Below, piece after piece: positions 59,601 to 64,000 of a stretch of DNA of 64,000 bases. A model generated the notes under the pieces. It was not told the origin of the DNA. It was given only the letters and a program-made list of their open reading frames with translations, and searched no databases. This DNA comes from Bacteroidota bacterium (GTDB lineage: Bacteria; Bacteroidota; Bacteroidia; UBA7662). The stretch is taken from NCBI GenBank assembly GCA_005799065.1, contig SYHW01000060.1, positions 8,654 to 72,653 of the forward strand. Direction: 5' to 3'. Both the position numbers and the translations under genes were made by a program. Every line of letters starts with the position of its first letter. The first letter of the stretch is position 1.

Positions 59601-60067
59601 CCAATATTTCCGGGTTTTTCATTGGTTTTTTAGGAATTGAGTTGCTTGCCGCGCTTATTCACAGGTATCTTATGCATGGTCCATTGTGGTGGATTCATCA
59701 ATCACACCACAAATCAAAAGGAGGTTGGGAGATGAATGATTGGTTCACCGTGCTGTTCGCTTCTTTGGGTGTAGGCCTGCTTTTTGGCGGATTTTTGGAT
59801 TACATAGCCTTTTTCTGGGGTTATGTAGGGGTCGGCATATCGGTATATGGCGTGGTTTATTTTATTTTGCATGATGTTCTGGTTCATTCGCGTTGGGGGT
59901 CGATTCCCAAGCCTTTGTCTCGATATCTTTTTGCGCTCAGAAAAGCGCATCGCATGCACCACAAGCACACTACTGCCCAACCCGGCGAGAGTTATGGCCT
60001 TCTCATTTTCCATCCTCGGTATTTTTCAGAAACTAAGCGAGATCAGGCCGCTGATCGAAATCAATAG
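59594..60067 (+). CDS. crtZ: Beta-carotene hydroxylase
   Basis: His boxes HRYLMHG, HQSHH, HDVLVH and AHRMHH; EMND motif. Confidence 0.88.
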   Translation: MLTNISGFFIGFLGIELLAALIHRYLMHGPLWWIHQSHHKSKGGWEMNDWFTVLFASLGVGLLFGGFLDYIAFFWGYVGVGISVYGVVYFILHDVLVHSRWGSIPKPLSRYLFALRKAHRMHHKHTTAQPGESYGLLIFHPRYFSETKRDQAADRNQ

Positions 60068-60150
60068 AGATTAGACCACTGATCGAAAATAAGCGCCCTG
60101 ATTTTTAAAGTGCCATGCATCGGTGTATTTTTGCGTGATCCGTTGCCTCA

Positions 60151-61131
60151 ATGCCCATTAATTTCCTCAAAACATTTTCTCTTGGTTTATTGCCGTTGCT
60201 TGGTTTGGTCATGATTTCCATGGGCAATCCAGCACACGCTTATCAAACAGCAGAAACAAGCCACATGTCCGGCCCGATTTTAGGCCAATATTTCAATCAA
60301 CCGAATAGCATCCCCGTAGATTCAACGGCATCGAACTTTCCTCCGACTAATACGGATTCATTGTTTGATGCAAATAGTCCTACCCTTGTTCCGGCGATTG
60401 TTGTACCACCAGAATGGAAGATCATAGTTCAATCCGATCAGACTATTTCAACCCCGGATACCCGGAGGGCAGGTTTGATGCGAAAGGAAACCAGGACATC
60501 CACCACAACTTCATTTCTGCTTTTTATGTTCGGATTGCTGCTCTTGGCGGTTGATCGGCAGCGATTTCTACAGATGTCGGGTGCATTTGTACTTCCTCGG
60601 CTGTTCGAACAATTTCTCAGACAACAAGGCAACAGCCTGGGTTCCGGCTGGTCGATTGCTCGGGTCCTCTACCTCTTCATTTTAATCGCCTCTTGTTGGG
60701 TCATGTACCAGTATCGTATGAACAACACGCTGGAGAAACTCACCTTAGAAGGATTCCAGTTTCTTGGGTTCATTGGTTTGACCGCATTTATTTTTTTGAC
60801 CATCCACATCATATTGGGTATGGCATTTTCACAAATCGAATGGACCATCAGCCACGTTCAAACCACATGGGTCTACTTTCAATGTGCGATCCCCATTTTT
60901 TTAACAGTGGTACTGCTTTTGACGACCTTGCCTATGAAGTATTTGAGCGGCTCCATGCTCTTACTTACGATTCTGCTGATATCGGGATGGGTTTATCGGT
61001 GCATTTTGGGGTGGCTTAGAGCGTTTCATATCAAAGGTGTCGGATTGGGATTTATAATTTTCTATTTTTGCCTCTTCGAATTTTTGCCACTGTTGTTGTT
61101 TCTCAAACTTACCTTTGTTCACTTGATCTGA
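60151..61131 (+). CDS. DUF4271-like membrane protein
   Basis: Multi-TM, C-terminal YFCLFEFLP, position before hemD; -7 TATTTTTG at 60126-60133. Confidence 0.72.
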   Translation: MPINFLKTFSLGLLPLLGLVMISMGNPAHAYQTAETSHMSGPILGQYFNQPNSIPVDSTASNFPPTNTDSLFDANSPTLVPAIVVPPEWKIIVQSDQTISTPDTRRAGLMRKETRTSTTTSFLLFMFGLLLLAVDRQRFLQMSGAFVLPRLFEQFLRQQGNSLGSGWSIARVLYLFILIASCWVMYQYRMNNTLEKLTLEGFQFLGFIGLTAFIFLTIHIILGMAFSQIEWTISHVQTTWVYFQCAIPIFLTVVLLLTTLPMKYLSGSMLLLTILLISGWVYRCILGWLRAFHIKGVGLGFIIFYFCLFEFLPLLLFLKLTFVHLI

Positions 61132-61132
61132 T

Positions 61133-61912
61133 ATGCCCGAACATCCCGAGCTCTCTTCAGTGCCGGTAGGCAAAATAAAGACCATCCTTTTTTCACAGCC
61201 AAAACCGGATTCTGAAAAGTCACCTTTCTACGATCTTGCAAAGCGGTATAACGTGAAAGTGGATTTTCGCCCATTCATTCAGGTTGCTCCTGTAGAAGGG
61301 AAGGATTTTAGAAAAAATAAATTGAATATTGGCGAGTTCAAATCAGTCGTGTTCAACAGCCGGAATGCGATCGATCACTATTTTCGTTTGTGCGAAGAAA
61401 TGCGCATTGAAGTTTCTCCCGAAACCCGCTATTTCTGTATATCCGAAAATGTAGGGGTTTATATCCAGAAATATGTGACCCTCAGAAAGCGAAAAATTTA
61501 CTTTGGTCAAGGCAAACTCTCTGACTTGTTCCCCGTGATGGCACGTTTTAAATCGGAGCCCTTTATGTTGCCTTGTTCCGATGTGATGGAAGGCGATTGG
61601 ATCCAAGATGCCGCCGTGGTGGGATTAGATTGGCGCCCGGCCATTATGTTTCGAACGGTCTCAAGCGATTTGAGCGACCTATCCGACATCAAATATGACT
61701 TGTTGGTCTTTTTTAGTCCATTAGGTATCAAGTCACTTTTTGAGAATTTCCCGGACTTTGTGCAAGGAAATACAAGAATTGGCGGTTTTGGGGCGAGAAC
61801 ACACGCAGCCATATTAGAGCGTGGACTGCGGCTTGACATAGCTGCTCCCAACCCAGACTTTCCTTCGATGTCCATAGCCATTGAAGATTACATAAAAAAA
61901 GTTTCTCGATAG
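61133..61912 (+). CDS. hemD: Uroporphyrinogen-III synthase family protein
   Basis: IKTILFSQPKP, DFRPFIQV, YDLLVFFSP.GI.SL and AP....PSM motifs. Confidence 0.82.
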   Translation: MPEHPELSSVPVGKIKTILFSQPKPDSEKSPFYDLAKRYNVKVDFRPFIQVAPVEGKDFRKNKLNIGEFKSVVFNSRNAIDHYFRLCEEMRIEVSPETRYFCISENVGVYIQKYVTLRKRKIYFGQGKLSDLFPVMARFKSEPFMLPCSDVMEGDWIQDAAVVGLDWRPAIMFRTVSSDLSDLSDIKYDLLVFFSPLGIKSLFENFPDFVQGNTRIGGFGARTHAAILERGLRLDIAAPNPDFPSMSIAIEDYIKKVSR

Positions 61913-61972
61913 TTTCACTTTGACGCTAACTTTTCGTTATTTCGACCCTCCAACATTTGTCCTCCTTTGCGT

Positions 61973-62914
61973 ATGATGAAGCGATGCATTCAGTTCCTGT
62001 TCGTGATCTTGTTTTTGGGCATGCCTTTTGTGGCTTCCGCCCAACAGGAGCCGAAGTGGAACCATTATATGTTCAACGACTTCTTCTACAATCCGGCGGC
62101 GGCAGGATCGAGGGGGAAAATCAGTACATTTTTAATACATCGATATCAGTGGGTGAATCTACCCGATAACGCCAGTCCCCGTACAACGGTGCTGAGTGTT
62201 CACGCCCCTGCCAAGTTTTTGCATGGCGGAATCGGTTTAATAGTCAATACCGATCAAGACTTTTTTAATGAAACCTCCAATTTTCGGTTTGCCTATGCCT
62301 ACCGTACCAATTGGAAGAATGGTGAATTGGGAATCGGTGCTTATTTCGGCGGCATCCAAAGTGTTTTAGACGGATCTAAATTCAAACCAGAAAACCCCAA
62401 TGATCCTTTGCTGATCAATTCCAAGGCCACGGCATTGGCCATGGACGCTGGTTTCGGACTGCACTACATTTCGGATCGATTGTATGTCAACCTTTCCGGA
62501 AACCGCCTGAACAACCCGAAGATTCGATACAATACGGGGAATGCGGCATTAACCTACCAAAGAAATATTTTTCTTTCCACGGGCTACACCATCCCGTTGG
62601 GCGACATCTGGTCAATTACGCCTTCGACCCTGATCAAAACAAACTTATCTGCCTTTCAAGCAGATGTGAACGTATTAGCTACCTACAAGGGTAAATTTTG
62701 GTCGGGCTTAGGATATTCTTCAGGTGATGCTGTCGTAGCACTCTTTGGTGCCAATTTGGGTAAACATTTACGATTGGGTTATTCCTATGACTACAATTTA
62801 TCCGGTCTATCCCGTTTCAATGATGGTTCTCATGAAATATTTGTGGGTTATGATTTCACAATCAAATTCCCTGAGCGACCTAAAGTCATTATTCGCTCGC
62901 CCCGTTTCATGTAA
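61973..62914 (+). CDS. porP: Type IX secretion system membrane protein, PorP/SprF family
   Basis: Signal peptide, YMFN...YNPA.AG, RYQW and GYSYD...GSHEI motifs; directly upstream of gldK. Confidence 0.88.
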   Translation: MMKRCIQFLFVILFLGMPFVASAQQEPKWNHYMFNDFFYNPAAAGSRGKISTFLIHRYQWVNLPDNASPRTTVLSVHAPAKFLHGGIGLIVNTDQDFFNETSNFRFAYAYRTNWKNGELGIGAYFGGIQSVLDGSKFKPENPNDPLLINSKATALAMDAGFGLHYISDRLYVNLSGNRLNNPKIRYNTGNAALTYQRNIFLSTGYTIPLGDIWSITPSTLIKTNLSAFQADVNVLATYKGKFWSGLGYSSGDAVVALFGANLGKHLRLGYSYDYNLSGLSRFNDGSHEIFVGYDFTIKFPERPKVIIRSPRFM

Positions 62915-62992
62915 ATCAATCAATGCATACAATTATTGTCTAATAAGTCTATTTTTGGCCATCGTTTTAAATTTATGTACCCAATCCTAACT

Positions 62993-64000
62993 ATGTTGAA
63001 TTTTTTGAGATCGAAAAAACCTGCTCGCGTTGACCGCTTTCAACTGGATCAGGCTAACCCTCTACGCTCCCAAAAGGCAATTTTCGCTGATCCTACACGT
63101 CAACCTGTTTGGACTGTAGTCGCTTTTATCGCAATCAGTCTGTTGACGGCATGTGGTTCTGGGAATTCCGGTGAATTAACTGGCAGTCTTGAGCGTCCTA
63201 AATGGTCGCAAGCCGTTCCCTACGGAACGGTATTGCTCAAGGGAGGCTCGCTCCAGGTGGGTCAGGCAGAGCAAGATGCTTTTTCGAGTAACTATCAAAC
63301 TCCCAAAACCATATCGCTTAAAGCCTTTTACATGGACGATACAGAGATTTCGAACAATGAGTACCGTCAGTTTGTGCATTGGGTGCGCGACTCCATCGCC
63401 CACACGATTATGGGCAATATGGAAGAGGATGAGAATGGAAACGAATTGATCAATTGGGAAGCACCGCTCGATTGGACAGATCCTGATTTCTTAGAAGAAG
63501 TGTCTGAGATGATTTTCTCTGGGGGCGATATGGTGTTTGGTGGTCATGAATTGGATACGCGCCGACTGAATTATGTCTATCAGACGTTTGATTTCAAAGC
63601 TGCGGCAGTAAATAAGGACCGTACCCGGTCGCGGAAGGATTTTGTGCGCAAATACAACGTCAATATTTACCCCGACACTTTGGTTTGGATTCGGGATTTT
63701 GTTAAGGAAGACGGGGGTTCGTATAATGAACCACAAGCGCTCACCTATTTCTCGCATCCCTCTTTTGATGAATACCCTGTAGTGGGCGTTACTTGGGATC
63801 AAGCCAATGCCTTCTGCAATTGGCGCTCTAAAGTTTTTAATGGTTTTCGCTATAAAAACGGTCTTTATCAGCAGTTAGAATTCCGCCTACCTACGGAGTT
63901 TGAATGGGAATATGCGGCCAAAGGTGGACGAAACATTGCCACATATCCTTGGGGAGGACCCTATACCCGGAATGACCGGGGTTGTGTCTTGGCCAATTTC
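62993..64000 (+). CDS. gldK: Gliding motility / T9SS lipoprotein GldK (SUMF1/FGE-like fold), partial
   Basis: Manual translation: LLTAC lipobox, GELTG, FYMDDTEISNNEYRQFVHWVRDS, IYPDTLVW, YPVVGVTW.QA, RLPTEFEWEYAA, YPWGGP; runs off the window. -7 TATTTTTG at 62950-62957. Confidence 0.9.
   Translation, partial: MLNFLRSKKPARVDRFQLDQANPLRSQKAIFADPTRQPVWTVVAFIAISLLTACGSGNSGELTGSLERPKWSQAVPYGTVLLKGGSLQVGQAEQDAFSSNYQTPKTISLKAFYMDDTEISNNEYRQFVHWVRDSIAHTIMGNMEEDENGNELINWEAPLDWTDPDFLEEVSEMIFSGGDMVFGGHELDTRRLNYVYQTFDFKAAAVNKDRTRSRKDFVRKYNVNIYPDTLVWIRDFVKEDGGSYNEPQALTYFSHPSFDEYPVVGVTWDQANAFCNWRSKVFNGFRYKNGLYQQLEFRLPTEFEWEYAAKGGRNIATYPWGGPYTRNDRGCVLANF

Noticed and set aside
62993..64000. Formylglycine-generating enzyme
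   Set aside because: Lipobox, GldK-specific motifs and position after porP indicate GldK.

Overview
Core-genome segment of a Bacteroidota bacterium. The assignment rests on TAnnTTTG -7 promoter elements, AT-rich translation starts mostly without Shine-Dalgarno sequences, type IX secretion substrates and the DUF4271-hemD-porP-gldK locus. Contents in order: partial S41 protease, murQ, an ABC exporter, a complete alternative complex III operon (actABCDEF), an AT-rich T9SS-substrate islet, a GNAT acyltransferase, uvrC, shikimate genes (DAHP synthase/chorismate mutase, aroB, aroA, aroC), a dicarboxylate symporter, rpsA, tsaE, ald, xseA, mrp, pyrF, prolyl oligopeptidase, a TonB-dependent receptor, pdhC, an FAD oxidase, a large PKD/T9SS surface protein, tRNA-Lys(TTT), a two-component pair, pdxH, yqgE, apbE, pcm, a sugar transferase, pyrE, NUDIX, coaD, rsmD, a CarH-like MerR regulator with crtZ, and the start of the gld operon. 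I found no transposase, integrase, prophage, CRISPR array or defence system, and I cannot support a wholly new multi-gene system. The most notable observations are: (1) ActA lacks the N-terminal monoheme domain, and no oxidase genes follow the operon; (2) 14-28 bp tandem duplications recur at gene boundaries and in protein N-termini; (3) several start codons sit 4-5 nt after a -7 element, suggesting leaderless mRNAs; (4) a perfect operator palindrome overlaps the promoter of a His-rich TonB receptor; (5) a B12-photoreceptor-type regulator is coupled only to crtZ. All calls come from motif recognition by eye; no searches were run.
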